From NCBI GenBank assembly GCA_035627515.1, contig DASPLQ010000012.1:199269-263268 (forward strand): 64,000 nucleotides of DNA, written 5' to 3'. The DNA comes from Vitreimonas sp. GTDB taxonomy: Bacteria; Patescibacteriota; Microgenomatia; UBA1400; PJMF01. The notes under the pieces are model-generated. The model worked only from the letters and a program-made list of their open reading frames with translations. It did not search any database and was not told where the DNA came from. Of the stretch, positions 38,985-47,811 are shown piece by piece (the first letter of the stretch is position 1; each line of letters begins with the position of its first letter). The position numbers were made by a program, and so were the translations under genes.

Positions 38985-39788
38985 ATGACTGTTTCAGAAT
39001 TGTTGTCATTATTCGATTTAACTCCTAAACACCAGGTAGTCTATTTAGAATTATTAAAAACTAATTGGATTACTGTCCTTGAGCTTTCAAGAAAGCTCAA
39101 CATTAAGCGCACATCTCTCTACCGCCTGATTGAAGAGCTACTTAGTAAAGGCATAGTTGAAAAACAGCTTGATGATAAAACCACTTTCTACCGAGCTGCT
39201 GACCCACAAAGTTTAGATCAAATGATTGATGAGCAGCGCCAAAAACTAGCAGTAATGCAGCAAGGGCTTGAGTTACTGACTCCACAATTGCAGTTGTTGC
39301 GTAACCAAACTAATAACTCAACCTCTGTCCGCTTCTACCGAGGCTTACACGGACTTAAGACCTTGGAGTGGAAAATGGTAGAAGAAGCAAACATTGAAAT
39401 GCTCGTCTTTGGAACGGGTGAATGGGATTTATTAGTCGGCCACGAATTTGCCGAAAAAATTAGAACTGAGCGGGTGAATCAAAACATTCACATTAGAGAA
39501 CTACTCAACCCTGACAAATTTACCCTGATTAATGATCAAGGGCAAGCTGATTGGACAAATAATCGTGAATTAATCCTTAATCACTATTTACATCGTCAAA
39601 TTGATCCCAGTATTTTTCATATTACAAATGAAATCTTAATCTTCCCTCAACGTCTTATTTTACTTAGTTTAGGTGAAGATGAACCGATCGGTATCGAGCT
39701 GAGTAGCCCTCACCTCTCACAAATGATGCGACAGTTATTTGAAGTAGTGTGGCTGCAAGGTGTGGTGAGAGATAAGTTTGGATCCTAA
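38985..39788 (+). CDS. TrmB-family transcriptional regulator
   Basis: VYLELL...ELSRKLNIKRTSLYRLIEELLSKGIV winged HTH; VRFYRG effector domain. Confidence 0.85.
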   Translation: MTVSELLSLFDLTPKHQVVYLELLKTNWITVLELSRKLNIKRTSLYRLIEELLSKGIVEKQLDDKTTFYRAADPQSLDQMIDEQRQKLAVMQQGLELLTPQLQLLRNQTNNSTSVRFYRGLHGLKTLEWKMVEEANIEMLVFGTGEWDLLVGHEFAEKIRTERVNQNIHIRELLNPDKFTLINDQGQADWTNNRELILNHYLHRQIDPSIFHITNEILIFPQRLILLSLGEDEPIGIELSSPHLSQMMRQLFEVVWLQGVVRDKFGS

Positions 39789-39896
39789 AATTCCCAAATA
39801 AATTCTCCAGCATAATCACCTCTTGGAGTCTGGCAAAAAATAAGTGTATAGTTCACGCATCACAGTTTTTTTCTTTACTTTAGATTTGCTTTTTTT

Positions 39897-40541
39897 ATGC
39901 TCACCATCGAAACCCTTCCCCTTGGCGAACTGAGCACTAACTGCTACTTAGCCTGGTGCCCATCCACACTGACAGCGGTGATTATTGACCCAGCAGATAG
40001 CGGGGATTTTATTACTGAGCGCATTTTGCATCATCAGCTGACGCCCAAGTACATTCTCTTGACTCACGGTCATTTCGATCACGTTCTGGCTGTATTGGAA
40101 TTAAAATTAAATTTTCAGCTTCCCATTTTGATGCACCCGGCTGATAACGCGTTACTTAAAACCGCCCGGCAAAGCACCCAGCACTGGTTGCATCGCGACC
40201 CTGGCCCCGTGCCCCCCGCCGACCAAGCTTTACACGCTGGCCAGACGATTGCTATCGGCAAAGAACACCTGACTGTCCTCGAAACTCCCGGCCATACGCC
40301 AGGAAGCGTCAGTTTTTATAATCAAGAAGTAATATTTAGTGGTGACACGTTGTTTGCCACAGGAGTAGGTCGGACAGATTTTAAGTATTCAGATGAGGAG
40401 AAGCTTCACCATTCCTTAACTAAACTTTTAGACCTGCCTCCCACTTTGACGCTCTTACCTGGTCATGGCGAGGCGTGTCGACTGCAAGACTGCGACTGGG
40501 CACGAGAACACAGTACTTCCTCGGTCACCGATTATCAGTAA
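39897..40541 (+). CDS. MBL-fold metallo-hydrolase (glyoxalase II-like)
   Basis: THGHFDH, TPGHT, SGDTLF, PGHG. Confidence 0.92.
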   Translation: MLTIETLPLGELSTNCYLAWCPSTLTAVIIDPADSGDFITERILHHQLTPKYILLTHGHFDHVLAVLELKLNFQLPILMHPADNALLKTARQSTQHWLHRDPGPVPPADQALHAGQTIAIGKEHLTVLETPGHTPGSVSFYNQEVIFSGDTLFATGVGRTDFKYSDEEKLHHSLTKLLDLPPTLTLLPGHGEACRLQDCDWAREHSTSSVTDYQ

Positions 40542-40545
40542 AGTC

Positions 40546-41928
40546 TTACCAGGTAAAATCTCGCACCGTAATGCCTACAAAAAAGGCAAAGAAGCCAAAC
40601 GCCACTATCATCACTACTTTCCGCCACACAGCAGGTTGAGTGAAAACCGGCAAAAAGCGAGTGTTTAAAAGATACACCAATGGGAAGGCGACTAACATCG
40701 CCCCTGCATTGAGAGCGGCAGCAAGAGTTAGCACAAAGCGCGGCTCTTCAAAACCCGAAAATAGTAATCCAATCCCAAAAACAATTTGTGCCCAAAGAGC
40801 TAGATAAAAGGCCATCGATAAGTTAAACTTTCTCCCCTTTTTATAAAAAAGCAACAAAATATTTTCCGAAATGATCCGTGAGGAAGCTTCCAACACAATC
40901 ACCTGCGTGGAGAATAACATTAAGGCTGTTGCCATCAAAAAGAGGGTGCCTAAAAAGGGTCGGGTCTGGGCTTGAATCGCGGAAGCTTCGTAATACAAAA
41001 ATGCCAAACCGCTGCCCACTTCTTGTCCATACACTAAGCTGTATGACAGCACTGCCAACATCATGATCGTAATAAAACCGGTCATCCAAAAGACCAGCGC
41101 ATGTTCAGTGGAAACCAACCACCACCATTGGGCCCACAGTTTTTTATTGCTTGGCGTCAAACTAAAGAGTTCACCCTCTAGCTTTACGGTATGATTCCCC
41201 CCTGCCAGGAGTGAGGTGATTTTAGAAGCATACGCTCCCATCCCAAAACCCTTTTCTTTAATGTAATGTGATTGAGCGAGATTTAAATTACCACCTCCTC
41301 CTGAATAGGCAAACGCTCCTAAAAAGCTGGTCAAAACCAAATTACCTGGCATCCACCACCAGCCTTCTCCCCTGCCCAAAACACCCCATGTAGCAGCGTG
41401 CCAATCGCTACTGTCAGTGAAGTACAACACTAAACCCAAAATAAAGGGAATCGAGATAAAAACTATGGCTTTTTCAAACCGCTCCATAGTTTTATATAAA
41501 GTCTTGCCTGCAGTCAGCACTAAGCCGGTCAGCACTAATAAGGCCACCGTGATCACAGAGGTAGATAAACCGGGCAATAAATGGTTAATAATGTCGGCTG
41601 AAGCTGAAGAAAAACCCGGCAAAGACCAAGGCACAAAGGTAGAGATAATGAACCACAGCGGCAGCCAGCTGCTTAACTTTCGGAAACCCACAAAGATGCT
41701 CTCCCCCCAAGCCAAGCTATACCGCATAACTTCGGTATTGAGCACATACTGAAAACTAATGCCGAGTAACGCCCCCCACAACAAACCTAATCCGTAATGT
41801 GCTGTGAGGTACGGCCACATAATTAACTCACCGCTTCCCAAGGCTAAACCAAGCAAAATAAAGGACGGACCTAACGTTTTAAAGAGGCTCGGCGGAGTAG
41901 GTAAAATGTGAGACTTGTGCTCTGACAT
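40546..41928 (-). CDS. Nramp-like / APC-fold transporter
   Basis: LGP...LGSGELIMWP; about 11 TM helices. Confidence 0.75.
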   Translation of the reverse strand: MSEHKSHILPTPPSLFKTLGPSFILLGLALGSGELIMWPYLTAHYGLGLLWGALLGISFQYVLNTEVMRYSLAWGESIFVGFRKLSSWLPLWFIISTFVPWSLPGFSSASADIINHLLPGLSTSVITVALLVLTGLVLTAGKTLYKTMERFEKAIVFISIPFILGLVLYFTDSSDWHAATWGVLGRGEGWWWMPGNLVLTSFLGAFAYSGGGGNLNLAQSHYIKEKGFGMGAYASKITSLLAGGNHTVKLEGELFSLTPSNKKLWAQWWWLVSTEHALVFWMTGFITIMMLAVLSYSLVYGQEVGSGLAFLYYEASAIQAQTRPFLGTLFLMATALMLFSTQVIVLEASSRIISENILLLFYKKGRKFNLSMAFYLALWAQIVFGIGLLFSGFEEPRFVLTLAAALNAGAMLVAFPLVYLLNTRFLPVFTQPAVWRKVVMIVAFGFFAFFVGITVRDFTW

Positions 41929-42041
41929 GGGCAGGATAGTGAGGTACTTTATTACTTAGTTACGCATTTACTCGTGCGCTTACAATTAATAATACGCAAG
42001 ATTTTGGTGTCCGCCAATCACTAGTCTTGTCTATTGAGAAA

Positions 42042-42063
42042 ATTTAATCTTTTTTTAATGTTT
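42042..42063 (+). promoter_or_regulatory. TTTAAT-N5-TTTAAT direct-repeat box, putative response-regulator site 1
   Basis: ATTTAATCTTTTTTTAATGTTT; 21/22 identical to 44446-44467. Confidence 0.65.
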
Positions 42064-42091
42064 CTTTGTCATAACTAATAAAGGCCAAGAT

Positions 42092-42769
42092 ATGCGAATG
42101 TTGATAGTTGAAGATGATCAAGCCATCGTCACCCCACTACTGGAAGCTCTTAAACCACAAAATGTGATGGATATTGTGGGTACAGCTCGTGATGGGCTGT
42201 ATCAAGCCGAGATCAATGAATATGACGTGATCGTTCTCGACTTAGGCCTACCTGACATGGATGGGATTGACCTGTGTCGGAAATTACGTAGCAACGGTTT
42301 ACAAACTCCAATCTTGATTCTTACTGGCCGAGCAGAAATTAGCGACCGTGTCATTTCTCTTGATTCTGGTGCTGACGATTTTTTGGCTAAACCTTTTAAC
42401 ATATCTGAGCTCAAGGCTCGCTTGCGGGCTCTGGGCCGCCGAGCACATCGCACCCTCTCCCCTAACCTGCTCATCAAAGGCGAACTGCAGCTCGACCTCA
42501 GCTCGGGTCAGGTCTATCACCACCAGAAACCTATTACCCTGCGGCGAAAAGAATTATTACTTTTAGAGTATTTTATGCGTCACGCGGGCAAAATAGTGAC
42601 ACGTGAGATGCTGTTTGAACATGTCTGGGGCGGTAACTCTGAGGCTTCCACTAACACCATCGATGTCCATATTAAATTACTCCGTGATAAAGTCGATAAA
42701 CCTTTTAACACTCACTATATTAAAACCGTCCACGGCTGGGGATATAAATTTGATTCTGAGCCATTATGA
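42092..42769 (+). CDS. OmpR/PhoB-family response regulator
   Basis: IVEDD, LDLGLPDMDG, GADDFLAKPF, DVHIK.LRDK, TVHGWGY. Confidence 0.96.
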   Translation: MRMLIVEDDQAIVTPLLEALKPQNVMDIVGTARDGLYQAEINEYDVIVLDLGLPDMDGIDLCRKLRSNGLQTPILILTGRAEISDRVISLDSGADDFLAKPFNISELKARLRALGRRAHRTLSPNLLIKGELQLDLSSGQVYHHQKPITLRRKELLLLEYFMRHAGKIVTREMLFEHVWGGNSEASTNTIDVHIKLLRDKVDKPFNTHYIKTVHGWGYKFDSEPL

Positions 42770-42796
42770 AGTAATGATTAGAAAGGAGGTGAAAAT

Positions 42797-42910
42797 ATGA
42801 AAGATCTGCTCAAAAAAATGTTGACCGATAAGAGCTTGCGTAATCGTCGTACACTGACGGTGTTAACAGCTCCTTTGGCCGTAGCGTTATTCTCTCCTTG
42901 GGGGAGTTAA
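42797..42910 (+). CDS. Putative ComX-like precursor peptide MKDLLKKMLTDKSLRNRRTLTVLTAPLAVALFSPWGS
   Basis: GAAAGGAGGTGA RBS, 37 codons, Trp third from the C-terminus, downstream hairpin; below the ORF track size cutoff. Confidence 0.75.
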   Translation: MKDLLKKMLTDKSLRNRRTLTVLTAPLAVALFSPWGS

Positions 42911-42923
42911 ACAGCCTCGTTTG

Positions 42924-42977
42924 AAGCCATTATCAATCAAGCGAATGTATTTCGTGTGTATTGGTGATGGCTTTTTC
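42924..42977 (+). terminator. Terminator or stabilising hairpin after the peptide gene
   Basis: AGCCATTATCAAT pairs with ATTGGTGATGGCT (13 bp including G-U), followed by TTTT. Confidence 0.65.
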
Positions 42978-42997
42978 GTTATAAGTATAATCAAGGT

Positions 42998-44419
42998 GTG
43001 TCTGCTCGTGTAATCTGGAGATCTCGATTATCTCATCTCTATCAATTTTTGCTCGCACCTCGCTCACCTGACAAAGATGTAGCTCGTCGCGAGTTAATTT
43101 TAAATATTTTGCTGGTCACTTATTGTGTACTCGGCTTGTTAGCCTCTACGATTGTGTTGTTTTTTAGTACGTATCGCGCTGATGATTTCAGTGGCAGTTC
43201 CATTTACGTAGTTGGGTTCATCACTACGCTTTTTTTCTGGATATTAGTCCTCTCTCGCCTCGGTTATTTAAAAATTGCTGGCCATATTTTTATGTTTCTC
43301 ACCGTGTTGCCGGTTTACTACACTTCCTATCAATGGGGTATGGATGTCCCTCAAGCTTCATTATTGTTTGGCCTCACTATTATTATGGCTGGTGTGCTTT
43401 TTGACGCTCCGAGTGCCATTTTCCTAGCTTTGATTCATGCGTCTTATTTAATTCCTCTCAGTTACTTACAAGGCAACAACTTAGCTCCTTATGACACCAC
43501 CTGGAAATTACACTTACCCACCACAGGTGATGGGATCGTGGTCTCTGCGATGTTGGGAGTAGCAGCCATTATTTCTTGGCTTTCCAATCGTGAAGTTGAG
43601 AAAGCACTTCATAGAGCCCGCACCTCCGAGGCAGAGCTCAAACAAGAACGAGATTTACTAGAAATTAAAGTCAAAGAACGCACCAAGAAACTTCAAGAAA
43701 CACAACAAGCCCAGATGCAACAGTTTTACCAATTTGCCGAGCTGGGTCGGCTGGCTTCGGGGTTGTTCCATGACTTAGCAAACCCTTTGACCGCGGCTAG
43801 TTTAGAGCTGGAAAGCTTGGCGCCACCCGTAAATCAGCACCGTCGTAGTAAGTACGAAAAAGCCTTGCAACGTGCCAGTGAAAGTTTACAACGGATGGAG
43901 AACTTTATCGTGGCCGCCAAAAAACAAATTCAAAAACAGGAGATCACCGTGGCGTTTTCGCCGATACAGGAAATACAGCAAGTCTTGAGTATTCTCAAAC
44001 ACAAGGCACATAAGAATCAAATTGAGATCACGATTGTCGCTGAACAAGCACCTAAGCTACGAGGTAATCCTATTAAATTTAGCCAAATTATCTCGAATAT
44101 TATTTCTAATGCTTTGGATGCCTATCCGAGTGGCCAAGTTTATTCTCAGCGAGCGATTAACATCACCGTCAAAACCTTATCAACCAAATTGAAAATCACA
44201 ATTACTGACTGGGGAGTTGGGATCAATGCTGCTGATGTGCGACACATTTTTGAGCCACTGTTTACCACTAAGGACCCGAGTTCTGGCACCGGGTTGGGAT
44301 TATCGATGGCTAAAGCCATGATTGAGAAAGATTTTCACGGCAGCATCACTTGTCACACTCAGCCGGGAAAAGGCACCTCATTTGTCCTGTACTTCTCGCT
44401 TAATAGTAATCCTAGGTAG
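42998..44419 (+). CDS. Sensor histidine kinase with multi-TM input domain
   Basis: About six TM helices; FHDLANPL H-box, NALDA, DWGVGI, FTTK, GTGLGL. Confidence 0.95.
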   Translation: MSARVIWRSRLSHLYQFLLAPRSPDKDVARRELILNILLVTYCVLGLLASTIVLFFSTYRADDFSGSSIYVVGFITTLFFWILVLSRLGYLKIAGHIFMFLTVLPVYYTSYQWGMDVPQASLLFGLTIIMAGVLFDAPSAIFLALIHASYLIPLSYLQGNNLAPYDTTWKLHLPTTGDGIVVSAMLGVAAIISWLSNREVEKALHRARTSEAELKQERDLLEIKVKERTKKLQETQQAQMQQFYQFAELGRLASGLFHDLANPLTAASLELESLAPPVNQHRRSKYEKALQRASESLQRMENFIVAAKKQIQKQEITVAFSPIQEIQQVLSILKHKAHKNQIEITIVAEQAPKLRGNPIKFSQIISNIISNALDAYPSGQVYSQRAINITVKTLSTKLKITITDWGVGINAADVRHIFEPLFTTKDPSSGTGLGLSMAKAMIEKDFHGSITCHTQPGKGTSFVLYFSLNSNPR

Positions 44420-44445
44420 TTTAGCGGTGACACTAGGCCTACCTG

Positions 44446-44479
44446 ATTTAATTTTTTTTTAATGTTTGTTCGGTAAAGT
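44446..44479 (+). promoter_or_regulatory. TTTAAT-N5-TTTAAT box 2 plus -10-like TAAAGT
   Basis: ATTTAATTTTTTTTTAATGTTT, then TAAAGT 10 bp after the second half-site. Confidence 0.65.
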
Positions 44480-44484
44480 TAAGT

Positions 44485-46485
44485 GTGTCGCTTCTTTCTT
44501 CTCGGCCATCTACCCAACTCCCTTTAGTAATTGCTGAGGGCCTGGAGTTCATCCAAAAAGAACAACAGCTCGATGGTAGTTTCCTTAGTTGGTCATCTCC
44601 TGTATCCAAAACCTTTACCCCTCAAAAACATTACACAACTACCTTTTTTACGTCCTTAATTCTTGAAGCCTTAACTCATTTCCCTCCCTCGATCACTGCT
44701 CCCTCGTCATTACTCACCATGGGCATTGATTTTGTGTTGTCACAAAAAAGTCCTGATTGGACCTGGAACTATTGGTCACGTCGCAGCCCTGAAGCCGAAA
44801 GCTTACCCTACCCTGATGATCTTGATGATACTTTTGCGGCCTTAAGTGCGCTGCATCGTTTGCAACCTGAACTTTTAACTGGCAAAGTCTTAGCACATGT
44901 CACGATGGTATTGACCCATCTCGAACAGCAGGAAGGTGGGCCTTACATAACCTGGGTAGTTCCCCCCACTAGTCCAGAAACTTGGCGCGACGTCGATTTA
45001 GCCGTCAATGCCAATGTCGCCTACTTTTTGAAGCTCCAGGATATTGTGTTACCCAACTTAACCCAACTATTTGATCAAGCTTTAACCAACAATGAGTATC
45101 ATTCGCGTTATTACCCTCATCAGTACCCACTCTTTTATTTTTTGGGCCGAGTTTACCAAGGTCAGCACTCGGCTCGATTACGAGCAGCTATTGCTAAAGA
45201 AAAAAACGCTCAGGGAACCTGGGGTACACCAGTAAAAACTGCTTTAGCCACCAGTGCTTTATTGGCCTTGGGAGAAGATCCAGATGTGGTGAGATCAGCC
45301 ATCGAGCACCTACTCGATACCCAGCGCCAAGGCGGCTGGGCTGCCGAAGCCTTTTGCCTCGATCCCGCCCATAACGGTGAACAATACGTAGCTGGCTCGA
45401 CCTCACTCAGTACGGCGATGTGTCTGGAAGCCTTAGGTAGATATCTTACCGCTGTGGAAACTCATGAGGCTCATCAAGCTGAGCAAACCTTTAAAAAAAA
45501 GACCCATAAAACATATCAACACATCATGAGCGAGGTGAGCACTCACTTACAGGCACCTGATCGTCAGTTTCAAGATGTCTCCACTCAGTTTTTAGACAAA
45601 ATTATTAACCAAGATACTGATCAACAAATTGCTCTCCTCCCCTATTTTTTTTCTTTGTCATTAGGCCCGCGTGGGCAACAATTACCAACCGCACTGATTA
45701 CTGAGTTAGGAGTCGCCAACGTCTTAGGCTGGATGGCCTACACTATTTATGATGACTTTCTAGACGAAGAAGGTAAGCCTCACCTCTTGGGAACAGCCAA
45801 TCTCTGCTTGCGCAGTTTGACGCACATTTTTCTGAATGTCTTACCAGCTGAAGCTGGTTTTGCCGCTTTCTTCCACCAGGTAATGAATCAAATTGACGCG
45901 GCTAACACCTGGGAGGTTACTACCACCCGGCTCAGTAAAAAAGGCCGCTGGTACCAGGTTTCTGCCCGGACTGTTCCTACGTATACCCGCCTCAATCGCC
46001 TTGCTGAGCGTTCTCTTGGCCACGCGCTTGGGCCAGTGGCATTATTAATGAAACTCGGCCACACTCCAGACTCACCAATGGTGGTAGCTTGGCTGAAATT
46101 TGCTCATCATTACTTAATTGCTCGTCAGTTGGATGATGACGCGCATGATTGGCGTGAAGATTTGCAACGGGGGCACGTCAACGCCGTGGGAAGCTTAACT
46201 CTAAAAAAATATTTTAAGACTAGGAAACACGCTGTTTCCCACTTAGCGCTCACAAACCAGAAACTTACTACTTTAGAACGCTTGTTTTGGATGGAAGTCA
46301 TTCCTGATGTGTGTAAACTCATTTCGTCACATTTAGACCAAGCTCATCATGCCTTGGAAGGGCTAAGTATTATCGAAAACCGGTCGCTGTTTGAAAAATT
46401 ATTACTGAAAATTTCTAAATCAAGTGAACAAGCCTTACGAGACCGTCAAAAAACCCTCGATTTTGTGGCCACCTACCAAACATAA
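44485..46485 (+). CDS. Fused class II terpene cyclase (DxDDT, QW repeats) and class I prenyltransferase / terpene synthase (ComQ-like)
   Basis: QQLDGSF, DDLDDT, QEGGPY.TW, TQRQGGW; YDDFLD and QLDDDAHDW.ED. Confidence 0.8.
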   Translation: MSLLSSRPSTQLPLVIAEGLEFIQKEQQLDGSFLSWSSPVSKTFTPQKHYTTTFFTSLILEALTHFPPSITAPSSLLTMGIDFVLSQKSPDWTWNYWSRRSPEAESLPYPDDLDDTFAALSALHRLQPELLTGKVLAHVTMVLTHLEQQEGGPYITWVVPPTSPETWRDVDLAVNANVAYFLKLQDIVLPNLTQLFDQALTNNEYHSRYYPHQYPLFYFLGRVYQGQHSARLRAAIAKEKNAQGTWGTPVKTALATSALLALGEDPDVVRSAIEHLLDTQRQGGWAAEAFCLDPAHNGEQYVAGSTSLSTAMCLEALGRYLTAVETHEAHQAEQTFKKKTHKTYQHIMSEVSTHLQAPDRQFQDVSTQFLDKIINQDTDQQIALLPYFFSLSLGPRGQQLPTALITELGVANVLGWMAYTIYDDFLDEEGKPHLLGTANLCLRSLTHIFLNVLPAEAGFAAFFHQVMNQIDAANTWEVTTTRLSKKGRWYQVSARTVPTYTRLNRLAERSLGHALGPVALLMKLGHTPDSPMVVAWLKFAHHYLIARQLDDDAHDWREDLQRGHVNAVGSLTLKKYFKTRKHAVSHLALTNQKLTTLERLFWMEVIPDVCKLISSHLDQAHHALEGLSIIENRSLFEKLLLKISKSSEQALRDRQKTLDFVATYQT

Positions 46486-46540
46486 ACTAGCAACCGTCAC
46501 CATAATTAAGCTACAATAGAGGTACAAAAGGAGTTTTATT

Positions 46541-47308
46541 ATGAAAACTATGTTGCTGACTGCAGCCCAAGTAGCGGCCATTGTGATCGTGTCTGCCGCT
46601 GGAATTATTTTAGTCACCCGCGTTATAGGTGGCCCTTCCTTATCAATTAATCAAATTTCGACAAATAAACAATCGACATTTGATGTCCAAGGTGAATCAA
46701 AAGTTATCACGGTCCCTGATCAAGCTGAAGTTCAAATGGGTATCTCTGTTAATGAAGCCACAGTAAAAGTTGCTCAAGACAGAGCTAATACTATCATTAA
46801 TGACATCAATACCAAATTAGGTGAGTTAGGGATTGAAAAAAAGAACATCAAAACCGAGAACTACTCGCTTTATCCTAACTACGATTACTCCTCAGGATCT
46901 GGTCAACGCATCACTAGTTACACCGTCAACACTAATTTAGTGGTGACCATGAGTGACTTTGCTAAATTAAACCAAGCTATTGACCTGGCCACCCAGGCTG
47001 GCGCTAACCAAATTGGCAGTATTTCTTTCACGCTCTCTGACGACAAACGGGCTAAAGTGGAAGAAGAAGCTCGCCAAGAAGCAATCAGTAATGCTAAAGA
47101 CAAGGCTAGCGATTTAGCTTCCTTAGCTGGCATGCGCTTAGGAAAGATTGTTAATGTCATGGAAACTCCTCAAAATCGTTTTCCAGACTACCCTACGCCC
47201 ATGATGATGGCTGAAGGTAAAGGCGCTGGCGGTGGTTCACCCACAAATGTCGAGCCTGGCTCCACTACCTACACGTACACCGTGACTTTGAGTTACGAGA
47301 CCTTGTAA
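46541..47308 (+). CDS. SIMPL-domain protein (DUF541/BP26)
   Basis: N-terminal TM; V.PDQA, AGANQI, EAISNAKDKA..LA. Confidence 0.9.
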   Translation: MKTMLLTAAQVAAIVIVSAAGIILVTRVIGGPSLSINQISTNKQSTFDVQGESKVITVPDQAEVQMGISVNEATVKVAQDRANTIINDINTKLGELGIEKKNIKTENYSLYPNYDYSSGSGQRITSYTVNTNLVVTMSDFAKLNQAIDLATQAGANQIGSISFTLSDDKRAKVEEEARQEAISNAKDKASDLASLAGMRLGKIVNVMETPQNRFPDYPTPMMMAEGKGAGGGSPTNVEPGSTTYTYTVTLSYETL

Positions 47309-47716
47309 GGTAGGTTTTTAAGCGTACATTTTAAACCCCTTTTAATTTCTCGCCCGCTGGAGGATTGGAAGGGGTGCAGCTTTCATACAGTAATTGTGCC
47401 ACAGAAAAAGTGATGCTTTGTTCAGCTGTGTGTCAGCAAGAGGGTCTTTTGTTGAGCGTATGTTTTTTTGCTTGTATGAATATTGGCAAAAATCATACAC
47501 AGGATAAATTTTTCGCCCGATTACAAGAAACCTTCTTAGTGGGTACCTACCTTCATAAACCTGTTTTTTATTCATTGTGCGGATATTAACAAAAACCGCA
47601 CAACCTTCAGAAAGTTCACTTTTGAGCCAACACTATCAAACAAAAAAATAAGACCCTTTTTTCGCGCCAGTTAATGAATTTTCTTAAAGGGCTTTCAGCT
47701 ATCCCACTGTCTTAGC

Positions 47717-47811
47717 CCTTACTGCAGAAGTTCCCCTGGTGACACGTCATCACAGTCAAAACGTACATTTCGTACACAATGTACACAGTCCAGGCGAACT
47801 TTTGCAGCAGG
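47717..47811. repeat. Dispersed palindromic element, copy 2
   Basis: CTGCAGAAGTTCCCCTGG pairs with CCAGGCGAACTTTTGCAG; internal GTACA x3 at 9-bp period. Confidence 0.7.

Noticed and set aside
42603-42800. 65-aa ORF in the track overlapping the end of the response regulator
   Set aside because: Out-of-frame shadow; its tail RKEVKI is just the translated RBS of the peptide gene at 42797
47330-47346. TTTAAA-N5-TTTAAT as a third regulator box
   Set aside because: Overlaps a terminator-like palindrome after the SIMPL gene and no credible gene follows
47342-47589. Opposing 74-77 aa ORFs in the long intergenic gap
   Set aside because: No RBS or recognisable motifs; may be a remnant but cannot be supported
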